Assembly: GCF_009834535.1 (NCBI RefSeq)
Contig: NC_045697.1
Coordinates: forward strand, 19,408,001 to 19,472,000
Reading direction: 5' to 3'
Source of the DNA: Camelus ferus
Taxonomy: Eukaryota
Length of the DNA: 64,000 bases
Shown here: one piece after another, positions 36,881-50,900 of the stretch
Layout of the letters: the number at the start of each line of letters is the position of its first letter
How positions within the stretch are numbered: the stretch's first letter is position 1
Translations under genes and position numbers: made by a program
Notes under the pieces: generated by a model
Seen by the model: the letters and a program-made list of their open reading frames with translations, nothing else
Told to the model about the DNA's origin: nothing
The model's database searches: none

Positions 36881-37844
36881 AGTCTCATTTTCTGCTTTCT
36901 TCTGAAAAATCTAAGTCCTGAAAATTCAAAGCTAAAACTGTTCAACTTTTAAACTGCAAATTCCAAATGATGACCCATTAGGGAATTTCTGATTCACTAA
37001 ATTCCGATGCTTCCTCATGAAAAGGGAGCTTCTAGCACAGAGATATCAATATCTGTAAAGATGCTTGTTATTTGAAACCCAATGACAAAAAGCCCTAAAT
37101 TGACTAAAATTTTCTTTTTTTTTTTTACTTTGTTTTTAGGAGAAAGAAACAAATCAGGAGAGACAGTTGATAATTATTCATACAGTTAATATTTAACAAC
37201 ATCTACTTTGTGTAACATATTCTTCTGGGTGCTATGAGGGGCACAAAGATAAATCAGATGCTTGGTCTGTCCTCAAGCTGTTTACAGTTTAACAGCTAAG
37301 AAAGGAGACAAGTTTAAAGGAAAGCAAGGGTTATAAGAGCAATGGGAGGGCTACAAGTATTTTTCCAAATTGCTGGAAATCTGGAACTTAGGGGTAAAAA
37401 AAATTTTTTTTCAATCAAGACAGATCACAGGCTCAGTGGATTTTGGGTTCTGTCTCCTACTGTCTGTACAATGAAACTAATGTTAAGAACATGACCCCTG
37501 AGAGCCAGCAAGAGCCTCACTTATGATAGCAAGATACATTTACGATTGACTGGACTGATGTAGGAAAGGTTTATGAACAAACAACTAAAACAAGATATTT
37601 GTATTCCTGCACCACCCAGAATCACATCACTAGGGAATTCTGCTCCCATTAGTTATGAGCCTCCCTGACTTCACCTAGAGGCCAAAAATACACTTTTTTA
37701 GTGGCTTCAAAAGTTCTGTGTTTTTGGAAATTTTCACAGGGAACTTGTAAAAGCTCTTAATATTTGACTAGGCATATTGGCAAAAACAGAGTAAAAGAGA
37801 AGTGATAAATAACAAAGATAGTTATTTTTTAATTCCTATAATAA

Positions 37845-37975
37845 TTGTAGTAAGTGGAAGCAATACTATCAGCCCATTTTATAGATTAAGAAATTGAGGC
37901 ACAGAAAAACCAAGCACCATGCACTAAGTCACATGACTAACAAGTGTCAGAGCCAGGATTCAAGCTAATTCCAGC
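37845..37975 (-). mobile_element. MIR
   Basis: cccattttatagattaagaaattgaggcacaga...gtcacatgactaacaagtgtcagagccaggattcaa. Confidence 0.85.
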
Positions 37976-38019
37976 AGTATGCAGAGAAAATATACCTAAC
38001 CTGCTTTATATTCCTAAAA

Positions 38020-38140
38020 ATAGTGAAAAAATGAGCAAAGCAAATGAAGAGGCAATTCACAGGTGAGAAAATGTAATAGACAGTGAAGATATGAAAGGAT
38101 ATGCAGCCTTTCTAGTAATCAGAGAAATAAAAAAAATACC
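38020..38140 (+). mobile_element. Old L1M fragment
   Basis: aaaaatgagcaaagcaaatgaagaggcaattcacag...ctagtaatcagagaaat is paralogous to ORF2 sequence near 14000-14090. Confidence 0.7.
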
Positions 38141-38145
38141 AGTGT

Positions 38146-38325
38146 TAGCCTTGAGGGTCATACAACATCTGTAGTGATTGTTCAACTCTGTTGTTAAACC
38201 AGGAAAGCAGCCAGAAAAAATATACAAAAAAAAAAATGAATGTGGCTGGCTTCCAATGAAACTTTATTCACAGAAACAGGTGGCAGGCCAGATTTGGCCA
38301 GTGGGTTATAGCCTGCTGACCTGTT
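38146..38325. mobile_element. MER58A-like hAT-Charlie MITE
   Basis: aaagcagccag...tgtggctggcttccaatgaaactttattcacagaaacaggtggcaggccagatttggcc. Confidence 0.85.
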
Positions 38326-38571
38326 CATTATGATAGTCTATGAAACATGATATAAATACAAAAAGGAGCAGATAATGGACATGAAGGAATATCCCAGAAA
38401 TAATATTAAGGAAAAACCCCCACAAGTTTCAAGGTAACACATCTGGTAGAACTTGATTGTTGTAAAGAACTGTAGAGTAAAATGCACATGACAGGTGTAT
38501 GCTGAAACGTGTATCTCAACATATAGGTTAAAATATAGTTATATGGCCATGTTAATCTACAGGTTGAGTGC

Positions 38572-38765
38572 ACTGGAGCAAATGTGGGCTGTGGAGACAG
38601 ACTGGGTTTTGACCTTGCTTCTATTAACTGTGTGACCTTGGGCAAGTTACTTGCCCTTGCTGAGATAAGTTTCTTTACCTGGAAAAGATGGATAATAGCA
38701 TACCTCCTCCTGTTGTTATGAGGGTTTGGTAGACAATATGAGTGCCTGCACGGGGCCAGCATGTG
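38572..38765 (+). mobile_element. MIR
   Basis: ctgtgtgaccttgggcaagttacttgccc...gataatagcatacctc. Confidence 0.88.
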
Positions 38766-41696
38766 GTCGACATCCACACAGAGCAGTTGTACTACAGCTG
38801 ACCTACATGCCCTCCTGGTCCCATTGGTTCTTTGGTTGCTCATGTGCTCTTCCCTGTGGCTGTTAACATTCTCCTGTTTGGTTCCACTAGTAGCAAGCTT
38901 CTCTTTCCCCTGTAGTTGTCTGCCACACTCTTCTTTTCCTGCCTCTGCACATTCTCTGCTTTCAGCACTGGCTGCTCCTGTCCCACCTGAGTCTCTCTCT
39001 AGTTACTACTACATCTCTTATAGAGGCTGACATCGTCGGTATATATTTCCTGCTGCCCAAGAATTTGGAACAAGCATCACCAGCCTCATAAAGTGTCTTT
39101 CAGTGATGACCCTGAAATCCTGTGACTCTAGGCAGAATCTGGGTACCTTGACGCTCCTTTCCGTAGGGTGAACATTTGCCACACACCATCTCCAACCCCC
39201 ACATCCCTTCATATAATTTTTGGCCTCATTTTTTCCTTCCAAGAGTGTTTATCCTGATGTCCAAGGATCTAACCATCTTTCCTAAATTCTCTTCCCATTT
39301 CTCCCTAAAATTCTGCAAAGGGAACTCTTAGTGACCTGTCTTAATATGCTAGAATTTGAGGGAGCGTATCTATCAATAGCACGTCCCCACCTGAACTGAA
39401 GTCAGACCTTTGCTATGCACTGCACTTACAATTTTTTTTTTTTGGAAATGTGATTGTGGGGTGAGGTTGGGGAAGCAAACTTTGAAAATGAATGTATTCT
39501 TTTTCTTCCAATTTTAGTATTTTTGCTGGTGGCAACAGACTTTGCAATCAATTAGAAATGACCGTGGTTTAAGGTTCAGGAAAATGTCTCCAGATAAGAG
39601 TTGCAAGATACCGATTCCTTCTGCTATCTCAGCTGCCTCGGGTGGCCTTTCCTGCACGTGAGATTAGTTGTAAAATTCATGTGTGTCTGACTTCATGAAC
39701 ATTTACATCTCCTACCCAGTTCATCAGAAAACAGAAGGTTAAAACTTGTACTTACACCTTCCAACCCCTCTGAAGAAGTCTGGCTTTTCTTTTGTTGAAC
39801 AGGAGGCTTCCCCAAGGGGGAATAATGATACTTGATCCCACAGGAACGCACGTCTAGAGATCACAGAACAGACTGCACAGGAGTGTGACATTGAAAATTC
39901 ATGCTGTGCCCCAGGAAAAAGCCAGCCTAAGGACCAAAATCCTAAACAGATTTTGTTCGGTACTCATCCATCTAAACAACTCTTTGTTTTTTCTCAGCTT
40001 TTCACCCCCATTCTTCCCCATTGGAAGAGTTTGGTCTTGGAATTCAGGTGGGTTGGTTGACTTATTTTGTATGTGAGTTGGGAGAATTACGTAACCTTCC
40101 TGAGCTTTAGTTTACTTCTTTGCAAAGTGGAATAACCATAACTACATCATAAGGAAAGTATAGACATTTATTGAGTTCTGACATGTACCGTGTATTTCAT
40201 GTGGCAGTGGACTTCCATCATCTTGGGTGATATATAGTACCCATTCCCCTTCCCTCTGATGGAAAACTAGATATCCAGTGGGAGATTTTCCTCTCCCCAA
40301 GCACTTGTACTTTTGGTGTGAGTGTAGATCCAGGGATCTCCTTCTTCAACCTTGGAGTTGATGGTCCCTTTTGTCAGATCTTTCTTTGCTTTACCCAATA
40401 TATCTGAAGGGAAGTCACATAATCCAAATATGGTTAATCAGAACTTCCGGTTTGGGGATCTTAAATATTGAGCAAAGTGGCAGGAAGATATTGCTAGAAT
40501 TCATTCCCAAGAGGGGCAGCTTCCTGCTGTGAACGAATTCCTGGGAGTTGCCAGACTCCCAGCCAGCTGGTGAAAGCTTGGTTCTTTAACTTTGTCGTTA
40601 ATCTTTTTACTTCCTTCATTTTTTTCTCCAAACTTTTTTCTTCAAGTCTTTTTTCATTTGTTTGCAGCAAAAAAAAAAAAAAAAAAAAAAATCCTTATTT
40701 TTATACACAAGCCTTATTTTATCTGATTCTGACAATAATCCTATGAGGTAGGATTGTCCCTATGAGGAGACTGGGTTCCAGAATGTCAGGTAACTTATCC
40801 ATGTGACGGAGTAGGAGGAGAAACTGGAAGATTAAATAAAGGAACGAAAGGTTAAGTAAGATAGAAGCATTTGAAGGCACTTTGCACAGTCCTCAGCCCA
40901 TAGTATGCACTTATCAACATTAACTTCAATAAGGAATTCTGAATCTTTGTATTCAGTGAAAAGTGACTACCTACTATGAGGGAAAAAAATTAACCTACCC
41001 AGTATGAAAATGAAAAATAAAGTGGTGATTCGGTGGTTTCTAATTTTACATGAATATTATTCATTTCTCAAATCTTGGGCTTTTTGAGGTCATGTTCTTG
41101 CTCTGGAATCTCATTGCATTTCTAGAGAACAATAGAAAATTTGAGTACTCAGGCTATATAGAACAAGGACTATTAGAAACAAGCAACAAAGTTTGGATGC
41201 AAATCCTTTTCTTGTGGCTAGTGTGGTCCAGGCTTTGAAATGGCCACTGCCACAGCTTGAAGGTCCCGCTAACACCTTTGTTCTGCGATCAGCAAGAACA
41301 ATCCCCAAGCTTTCCCAGTCATCCCCAGAAAAGCATAAACCAATAGCAGCCAGGAAAACATTTCTAAGCTAATTATCCAACAGAAATTTCACAATATAGC
41401 AGTGACTGCTACTCACCAGGTGTTTGAAACTGGTGAAAATCTCATGGCATGGCAACCATTTCAATAAACCCTGTGATTAACTGTGTCTGGACTTTCTTCT
41501 GTTTTTCTCAAGAGGTCAGTTTGATTTATTTTCAGGCATATGTTTATTAAGGCAGCTTCAATTTTTGATTCATTTATTGCATATGCTTTGTGCTCCACAG
41601 ATACACAATAAAACTCCAGAATCTTGAGTGTTGATTGTGCAAGGAAACATCTTTTAATGGGATAGATTCCAAGGGGAAAGTCCAACAGTGTCTGTT

Positions 41697-42115
<419 letters not shown>

Positions 42116-42770
42116 CAAGGCAAACATAGAATGGGCTCCAGGGTCCCTGTGAGCAATTGTACCAAATTAAATCTCACCTCTTCCAAATGGTCATTCTGGT
42201 CATTTGGAAATGATGAAGGACTCACATTTGTTTAGTACAATCAGCATTGTGCTCTCCAGCTTGCTTGCAAGGCTATTTTCCGTTACCATAAAGTGGTGTG
42301 GACTTGAAAGACCCAGAGATGGCCTGACTTTCTGACTGTTCTGCCTCGGTCAATATGTCAATAATCAGTAGGGGGCCTGCTCTGTCTAACTTAAGTCCTG
42401 GCATTTGCACATTCTCACTCTTCAGCTGAGTCCCCCATCATGCTGGGGCTGTCTTTTACATGCACTTCTTGTTAAAGCTGGGGCCGTGTTTTAAAATAAT
42501 GAGGCCAGTCTGAGTGAAATGCTCTGGGGAAGGAGCAGGCTTCTTCAGTGCTCGGTAATACCTGGGCTTGGGCTCTGGTAGTCTCAGGAAGTTCTACTTT
42601 TGGAATTTTTCTGCAGCCTGACCTGCCATAATTGCTGAGTCTCTCCTCCGAAGGGGCAAAGTTTTGTTTACTGGATGGGTATCCTCAAATGTGGTTTCAA
42701 AGTTCCTTCTGGAGGGTCTGCTGGCAGAATCATAACATACATTTGTCCTCTGATTAAAGGACACTCCTTT

Positions 42771-42870
42771 GGGGGTGGGGAGTGTGTAGCTCGGCAGTAG
42801 AGTGCATGCTTAGCATGCACAAGGTCCAGGGTTCAATCCCCAGTACCTCCATTTAAAAAAAAAAAGTATC
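42771..42870 (+). mobile_element. tRNA-Ala-derived SINE, Vic-1-type (camelid)
   Basis: A box tagctcggcagtagag, B box ggttcaatccc, anticodon arm gtgcatgcttagcatgcac, A-tail, 16-bp TSD with one mismatch (42755-42770 and 42871-42886). Confidence 0.9.
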
Positions 42871-43394
42871 TAAAGGACATTCCTTTGGGGATGAGTTATT
42901 CTACAAAATAATTTGCCCAGAGGAACTTAGGAAAGGGACTGGAGAAATTTGTATTTATTCTCCATATAAAGAATAAGTAATATTTCCCAATAATGATCAG
43001 TGTACTGACAACATGTCTTAAACCAGAATAACACTACTGTCACAGAGCTCTAAAGAAATGTTTATGGTCTTTCTTTATGTGGGGAATCGCAAACACAGAT
43101 TTTGTTAGGTTCTCTTGAATGTTAACTGGCTACTCTGAGTTTAAGGTGCATCTGTAAGGGTTAAAGGGGTGATAATTGTACTTATGACATAGAATGCATT
43201 TAAGGTATTTAGCAGAATAATCACACAATGAATGTTAATATTATTACTATTATTCTCTTGAAAGAGAAAATACCAGTAGAAGTACAGTTGAATTAATTGC
43301 TGTTTTATATTTGAATTTTAGACCTCAAAGTAGATATTTTCATAATTTATTGAATCATAAAATCTTCAATATTAAATGACTTGACCAAAGCCAA

Positions 43395-43835
43395 TGTGGT
43401 GGCTTCAAAAATCGCATTGTAAATTCTTTGACTTTCCTCCCATCATGAAGTGGGAGCCTTCTCTTCCTCCTTAAATATGGACAGACCTCTGTGGCTTGCC
43501 TCTACTAAACTTTTAGGAACACAGGGAAGTGAAGCTACATGACTTCCCAGGTCGTAAAAGGCGACACAACTAGCTTTCTCTATCTCTGGCAGGACTCTCT
43601 CTTGCAATCCAGCTGCCAGGCCAACAGGATGTGCAGGTGACATATTTTGGGCGACATGGCCTACTGAAGTCCCAACTGATTTCCAGTGGCAAGACCCAGT
43701 CCTGTGAGTGAGGAAGGCTTTGAGATGACTCCAGTCCCAGGTACTATCTGACGGCAACTGCATTGGAAACTCTCAACAGGACCCACCTACCGAGCCCTGA
43801 AACTTTCGAAACTGTGAGTTTTATTTGGTTTAAAT
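43395..43835 (+). mobile_element. MaLR LTR, MLT1G-like
   Basis: tgtggtggcttcaaaaat...aaattctttgactttcctcccatc...gtgagtgaggaaggctttgagatgactccagtcccag. Confidence 0.8.
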
Positions 43836-45204
43836 TAGAATTTGCAAAATGCTTTTATTTGAGGTATACTGAGGGTCTTAATAAGATTTACAGAAAATGA
43901 GATAGCTGGGAAGGCTATCAGAGATTATTTATTTGAAACTTCTCATTAGATTGTGAATAAATTAAGCCTCAGAGGGCATTTATTATTAGGACTATTGTCA
44001 GTGGTGAGACCCAGTGCTCATTTAGAACTTGTTACGTGTCTTACTGCGGCATTGTGGATGGCACTGATAACAGCCATAAGCAATGGCACGCAACCAAGTT
44101 GCTCCACCACGCAATTGCCCAGCAAAGCAGAGTTGGTTATTACCAGGTTCACTTAATCAAATAATTTGGGTTTCTGCTTGATTTTGGAAAGCCCGAATTA
44201 TGCCTGAGGAATGAATTTATTTTCTGGTATCCACTTCATTTTATGCTTTGTCGACAGACTCAAAATACTCACTTAAATGCATCTACAGAGTGCACACACA
44301 TACGATTATTCATTTGTATACTTTCACATTAGAGTTTGAAAGCATTTTCCCCTTTTCTCTTGGAAGCTATTGGAAGAAATGGATTAGAAAATTGAAAAAT
44401 AGAAAAGACAGAATCAAGGTGTGTGAAAAACAGGATGTTTGCTGAAGAAGCCAGGCTTCTGTGGTCGGGTGAGGGAACACATCTTGCTACCGTCGACAGC
44501 TCAGCGGTCTTCAAGACTCCTGGGGGAAGATTGCAAGAAGGTGATGGGGAATTTCTATTTTTCGCTTTTGCCCACTCTGCATATATCTGCCTGAGGGATA
44601 GAAAGTTAATCTCAAGTTACCCAGGTTTTTTTTTTTTTTTCTTTTTCTGCTGCTGCCAGTGCTTTTTAGTGGGTGCTGCATCTCTGGATCCCTGAGGCTG
44701 AGCGAAGGAGGAGGCCTTGAGAGGTTCAGGTGCCACCATGTGGAGCATTGGATACATTAAATACAGAGCCAACTCTTCTCTGCTGGGTGCTCAGTGTATG
44801 GGTGCAATTTTATTGGTCTCCAAATATCCTTTTCTTAATGACACATTCTTAAATGTCTAAGCCTTTCACACCTTTAAGGAGAGTTGAATTATGCCAGTTT
44901 TTAAAGTACCTTTTGCTCTGATTTTGGTCAGCATGTTGATGGACTGATTTGTGATTTTTGTAGGTTGTATGCACTTTTCCACCAGCTGTTAGTGAGGAAA
45001 AGTTGCCCCTGAAAGAGAGGACACTGTAACTTTCAGGTATGTCCGAGGTCTTAGCGGAGACAGGCGTGGTCAGAGAGAGGGGACCTGAGGGCTTTTGCTG
45101 CTTTATTTTCCTGGGCGGTGGCCCAGGATATATCTCGGGTCACAAAAAGAGACTGAAATTCGCTACCTTTGTTCTGGTCCTGTGCGTCAGAGAGTTGACT
45201 CGTG

Positions 45205-45385
45205 TGAGAAAAAGCCAGTTTGGCGTGAGGAAGCACAGGTTCAACCCCAGCTCCGTTATTTACGAGACCACAGTATGTCACTTAACTTCCTGGGACCTCA
45301 GGCTTCCCATCTGTAAAATGAGAATAATACTAATAACTTCATCAATTAAACGAGACACAGTTCAGCAGCTGTTCACCCAGCACTT
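45205..45385 (+). mobile_element. MIR
   Basis: ggttcaaccccagctcc...gtcacttaacttcctgggacctcaggcttcccatctgtaaaatgagaataatac. Confidence 0.82.
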
Positions 45386-47194
45386 GGGATTTGTTTTTTT
45401 TCCTTTTTGCTTTGCTTTGCTTCTAGATGACGTAACCTAGGCTAACATTTGAATTGAATATACTGACAATCAAGCTGAGAAAGAGGAAATAAGATAATTC
45501 CATTTTTATTTTATGTATAAAATAAAACTTCAATGTTAAGAAATTTTAACTCTAAGGAAAATAGAAATTTTATCTGTCTGAGTCTCCTCTGTGTTAAAAG
45601 CTCTGTTTCAAAAAGTCTCTTTAAGTGTCTCTTCCCTCCTCCTTCCTCACACACAATTTCCTGGGAGAAGGAATACTTTAACCCATTCTGTGTAAATTAG
45701 TTCCAGATAAATTTAAAGCAAATCCTCCTGATGGTGGTATCAGTTTCCTACGAGAAGATGAAAGCAAATTACTATAGTTAGGCTCCATTTTTTTTTTTTT
45801 TTTTTTTTGCAAAGAAAGTACTTCTGCTGTGTTTCATTATTGCAAATACTATGTTCCATCGCAGGAATTCAGCCAAAGTCCAGTGGCTGAAGAGTTAGTG
45901 TGCTGTGACTTGTATAGGATGAAGACAGGATAATTGTTAGGATGAGTGAAGCAGTGATAAATAACCCTTTTTCTTTTTCTTACACAAGACGGCAATCCTA
46001 TACGTCATCAAAATACAATCCAATTAAATGCGTGGGTGTGGATTTTCAAAGCTTGATTGCTTGCCTTACTGAAGGAGGTTGACGTTTCTTTCTTCTAGGT
46101 TATAGTAATATCCAAGGAGGAAGGGCTGTTATAAAAATTCTAAGAACACAGAGCAATGGAGTTGCATCTACAGTGAAAATCTCCTATTGTTGACATTACC
46201 TTTGGAAATCCCAACGGATTGGAGGCTAACATCTGTGTCAGGAGATTCCCTGCAGCCCATTTTCCCTCCCGTGTTGGAGCAAATGGGTCTTGCTTTGGTT
46301 GGGCATCAGGGGAAAATATTGGCTTGCATTGGGGGCAGGTTGTATAAAAAGCAGCTCCTCGTTACCCCTGCATTCACACCATGCTGAGGTGAGAACTCAC
46401 ATTGGAGAAACACAGGGATCTGCCGAGGGGTGGCCAAGTCACAGCCTTGTCACTCTCATCCGCAGGTGTAAGAGCAGGGGGTGGGATTGCGACTGGGATC
46501 AATCACATTCCTTGTGTGGTTATTTCCATATCTCCCTGTCTCTCTGACTTTCTCTCTCTCTCTCTTTTTTAACCATAGAGCATACATTTAAAATTTAAAA
46601 AGTTAAATGTGCATATAACAGAACTCCCCTGGATATGCACTGAACTCTGCCATTACTTCTAAATTCCTCTATTTTCAGACTTAGGGTTTTTTGGTGGTTC
46701 TGACTGACGTCCTTTTCCATCCCTGGAGCTCAGAGTCATGGAGACCGATAGAGGATGACACGAGTGTGCTGAATGGTGGGCGTGCAGTCTAGCTTCTCTG
46801 AGACATTGATCCTTACCTGTGTCTGCTCAACTCCACGGGGGATCACAGAGCTTTTTTAGGTGGTCTGGGGCTGTCTCTTTTGTTCAAAAATGTTCAGCCT
46901 TTTCCTCTGTCATAGTGAATAATTTATTTAATACAGTCAACTACAGTCAGGCACACACACAAGAAATTAATTTGTGTTTCATCAAAGCAGAGGCAAACCC
47001 TCTGTTCATTCTGGTAATGAGTTTTTTTTAAAACAGTGCCAACCCAGAGAAGTTCTGTCTTCTGGTTTGTAAACTGGACATTTGGTGCATCAAAGTTGAA
47101 CCTGGCAACTTTAATGTTTTGAAGTAGCACAGAACACTGAAAAGAGTAGAGGACTTGCCAATTGAATGTGACTTGTCTGCCAAGCTTTACGTGA

Positions 47195-47415
47195 TGATAG
47201 CTGATACTTACTATAAGCTAGATCCTGTTATGAGAGCTTTTCATATTTTAGCTCATCCTTAATCTTCCCCCAAATCCTAGGATGTAGGGCTATTATCCTT
47301 ATCTTCATTTTAAAGTAGTGGAAACAGAGGCAGAGAAGTTAAACAACTTACCCCAGGCCACCCAACTGGGAGGTAGCAGAACTAGGATTTGAACCCAGGC
47401 AATCTGGCTCAGTTC
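47195..47415 (-). mobile_element. MIR, near full length; further MIR pieces follow to ~47780
   Basis: ggaaacagaggcagagaagttaaacaacttaccccaggccacccaact...aggatttgaacccaggcaatctggctc. Confidence 0.88.
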
Positions 47416-48534
47416 CTACGTGTGCAGCTGATGCCTCTCTGTTTCCCCTTCACTCTGTTTCATCTAATCCTCATGACAGCTCTGCAGTGCAACCACTATT
47501 ACCCATATTTCAAATATGAAATTACAAAATGAGCTCAAATCCATCTACTTATAAGAGGAAGATTCAAGGTTTGGGTCCAGGCTTCTCCAAAAAGCAATAA
47601 TTGTCAAAACACTCTTTCAAAGAGGGACCTGAGTTTAAGCTGTGGCCTTGCCTCATACCATCACCATGACCTCATGTCCTTCACTGATTCTTCTGAAGCC
47701 TTATCCATGAATGATGTTACAGCTTGCCCCACCTCACAGGGGTGAGGATAGAAGCAGGTGAAATAACATAATAAGTGAAATCTTGTTTCTTTCCAGTGTC
47801 CTTGGCATTGAGTAAGGGAGCCTGTTTGGATCATTGCCCTCTTTCATTTCCCTGGAGACGACATAGCGAGCTGCAATCTGGCAGAGTCCTTTTCTAAGCA
47901 CGGAAGTGACTTCCCAGGAGGGACTTGGGTGCTAAAGTCCTTGGATTGTCCCCATTAAATCTATATGGTAGAGAAGTTTCTAATTTTCCTGACTCTGCTT
48001 GGGAGCCCAGGCTCAGGTACTGCTTGGAAGATAAAAGGAAGCTACTAAAAATAACCCCAGCTATTTTTGTAAAAATGAGGAAATATTTTGAGGAAGAGAA
48101 TTGTCTCCTAAAACAACTGCTATGGCAGTTCCTCTTGATGAAGAAAATTTATTCCCACGACACCATTATAACTTTATAATCTGGGCTATGAGGAAACAGA
48201 AGGTCCATGCGTGCATTTATGACATCATATAAGGGCCAATGTTATTTTAAAAACTCATTAAACTGTTGAAAAATATTCTTCAAAACCTAAAAGTATGGTT
48301 CTGGGAGTCTTGGGGTGGAGACAAGTGAGGACAAGAGTTGGACTATACTTGTGAGGAAGGGGATTTATGAGTGATAGACTGGTATCAGTGGAGAGAACGG
48401 TACCAGTGGTAGGCTGATTTGTAGAGTAGATGGGAAGGTAGGCTGGGTCCAGATAGTAGAGAAGGGCAATTAAATTGGAGCTTATCTTTATTTGTTCTCA
48501 ATAGCTCCTGGGATCTTGCTTATACTAAATTCTT

Positions 48535-48915
48535 AGATCAGTTACTTATTGCTGTGAAATTATTCTGTTGGTTGGCTGTGTGGTCTTCTGTTGGTTTTGC
48601 CCGTGCACTCATGTGACCCATTGAACTAAAGAGTTGGCGGGAGGTTGAGCTCATCTGAAACAGTGGAGATGGCTGGGCCTCTTTCTCTACATGGTCTTTC
48701 ATCCTCAGGCTAGACTGAGTCACGGTGAGGGCAGCATTACAGGAGGACAACATACAAGCTCCTTTTCAAATCACTATCTCATGTTTGTTGATGTCTCATG
48801 AGCCAAAGGAGTTCATGTAACCAAGCTCAGAGTCAATGCAAGGAGACTCTACAAAGGTGTGGATACTGGGAGGTCATATTCATTGGGGGAAATTAATTGA
48901 ACAATCTGTGATAGT
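48535..48915 (-). mobile_element. MaLR LTR, MLT1G/H-like
   Basis: atcagttacttattgctgtg...tctctacatggtctttcatcctc...caaaggtgtggatactgggagg...ttcattggggg. Confidence 0.75.
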
Positions 48916-50428
48916 CTACTCAAATACACTCACCCCTTTTAAGATTTTCAGTCTCACCCAATAATGACATCATGGGAGAAGCTTAATGAATTTATGATTT
49001 GAATCAGGTCTAGACGAGGAGGAGGTCCTTGGGGTGTGATTCCTCTTGATCTGAAGACCTACAAATTAAAGAGATGTCACCTGACCGCTGCACACGATAT
49101 ACAATGGTGAGACAGAGGACAGAGGCTAGAGAACCACAGAAGAAGCTCTCATTCAAAAAGGAGAGGTAGAATGTAAGGGTGACTTGGCAGTGACATCTGT
49201 CACCCCATTGATCGCCAGGGCCAATCTGGCTGGCTAGGCTAGTGTTCCGTTCCTCTCTAACTGCTCTGTGTGCGTCCCTCCCCAAACTGTGTGCTCAGTG
49301 GAGAAGAGAGGAGGATCATCCATCCACCAAGGGTATACAAGTATACAAGTAGCTGAGCCCGCTGTTAGATGCTCCAAACAAGCTCTCAAGGTCCATTTAT
49401 AGGGGAACATTGGGCGATCAAGCTTCTGAGACTCCAGACATATTCAAATGAGGCGCTGCCTGCGGCAACCTGCCTTTCTTTAGAAAAACAAAGCGAGATA
49501 AAATGAAGCAAAATACCAAAAGGAGAGGGGTAGGAGGGGCTCATAGCCATCGTGGGTCCATAACAATTCTGAATTCCAGCTGGGCACACAATGTCAGTGC
49601 TCCTTATGCCAAAGAAGGGAATGTTGCTGGACTGGGTCCCAGTTCTGCCCCGGGAGTGGCTTCCTAATCCATTGTTCTCTGTGGCTTCTGCCTCTATCCT
49701 CTGGTCTTTCTTTTTCTGAAAAAAAGTGGCCTGTGTTTGCAGCTAAGCAATTTTCTCAACCTGCTTCCTGCTCCTGGAGCCCAGAGCCTGTTTCTTTTGC
49801 ACTGTATCTGCCCCTGTGGGTCCCAGCAGCTACAAAGCTTTCACATTCGGCCACTCAGTGGGAATTCTATGAATCTGACTGGGTTCACCTTGTGCCCTTA
49901 AAGTCACATACATAATTCTTTTTGAGACAGACCTCTCTCTATTTCAGGCTGAGTGTCAGGGTGCGGTGGGACCTTGCCTTTAAGATTTCTAGAAACTCTT
50001 TATTTTAGTTGAGAAGGTCTAACTAGGCACTCGGCTAAATCCTTCTGAGGTCTTAACAAAAGGTCTTATAGATAAACTTCTGATTTGAGCTCAACCCTGA
50101 GGTCATTTCTCACTTGTTGACTCTTTTACTGACTAAAGACAGTGAAAGTGTGAAATAGTTTTGTTTTTCAACCCATTACATCCTGGTTCTTCTATATGCC
50201 CTTGAAATTCTACTTACAAACGGAACAGTTCTTTTTGTGATTACTCTCTCTCTTCTTTTCACAAGAGAGCTAGTTGGCACTTTCAATATTCTGCCTGGAA
50301 ACCTCCTTAGTAAGATATCCAAGTCCGCTTTCTGTCTTCTAAAGCAATAGAGGCAATAGTTTTGCCAACTGACTTAACTACAGACCATGAGTCCCTGTCT
50401 TCCCAGCCTCCAAAGGCAGTTTTCACAC
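48916..50428 (-). mobile_element. MaLR internal region (MLT1-int) contiguous with its LTR
   Basis: gattcctcttgatctgaagacct...tacaatggtgagacag...ctcattcaaaaaggagagg and cactttcaatattctgcctggaaacctcctt resemble recalled MLT1-int sequence. Confidence 0.6.
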
Positions 50429-50900
50429 TGGGGTAAATAGAATAATGATTCCTTTAACTGATCCCTGTCCTAACCCTTAAAACTGTGAATATTACCTTAC
50501 ACGACAAAAGGGACTTTGCAGATGTGAATAAGGATCTTGAGATAGGGAAATTACACTGGATTATCTTGGTGGGCCAGATGTAATCACAAGCATCCTCACA
50601 AGGGAGGTGGGATAGGCAGAGGGAGGGAAAGAGAGACAGGAGGGGGTGAAAAAGATAGATATTGGTTTAAAGATAATACCCTGATGGACTTGAAAATGGT
50701 TGAAAGGGCCACAAGCCAAAGAATGCAGGCAGCTTCTAGAAGCTCCCTGAGAGCTCCCAAAAGGAATGCATCTCTGCCCACACCTTGTTTCAAATTCTGC
50801 AAGACCCATTTTGGACTTCTGACATTCAGAACTGTGAGATTATACATTTGTGTTGTTTTGAGCCACTAAATATGTGGTAATTTGTTACAATAGGTGATTG
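50429..50900 (+). mobile_element. MaLR solo LTR, MLT1D-like
   Basis: aactgtgaatattaccttacacgacaaaagggactttgcagatgtga...ccacaagccaaagaatgcaggcagcttctagaagct...ttttggacttctgac...gagccactaaatatgtggtaatttgttaca. Confidence 0.9.

Noticed and set aside
42771..42852. tRNA-Ala(AGC) gene
   Set aside because: Extra 5' G-run, degenerate arms, A-tail and TSD show it is a SINE copy.
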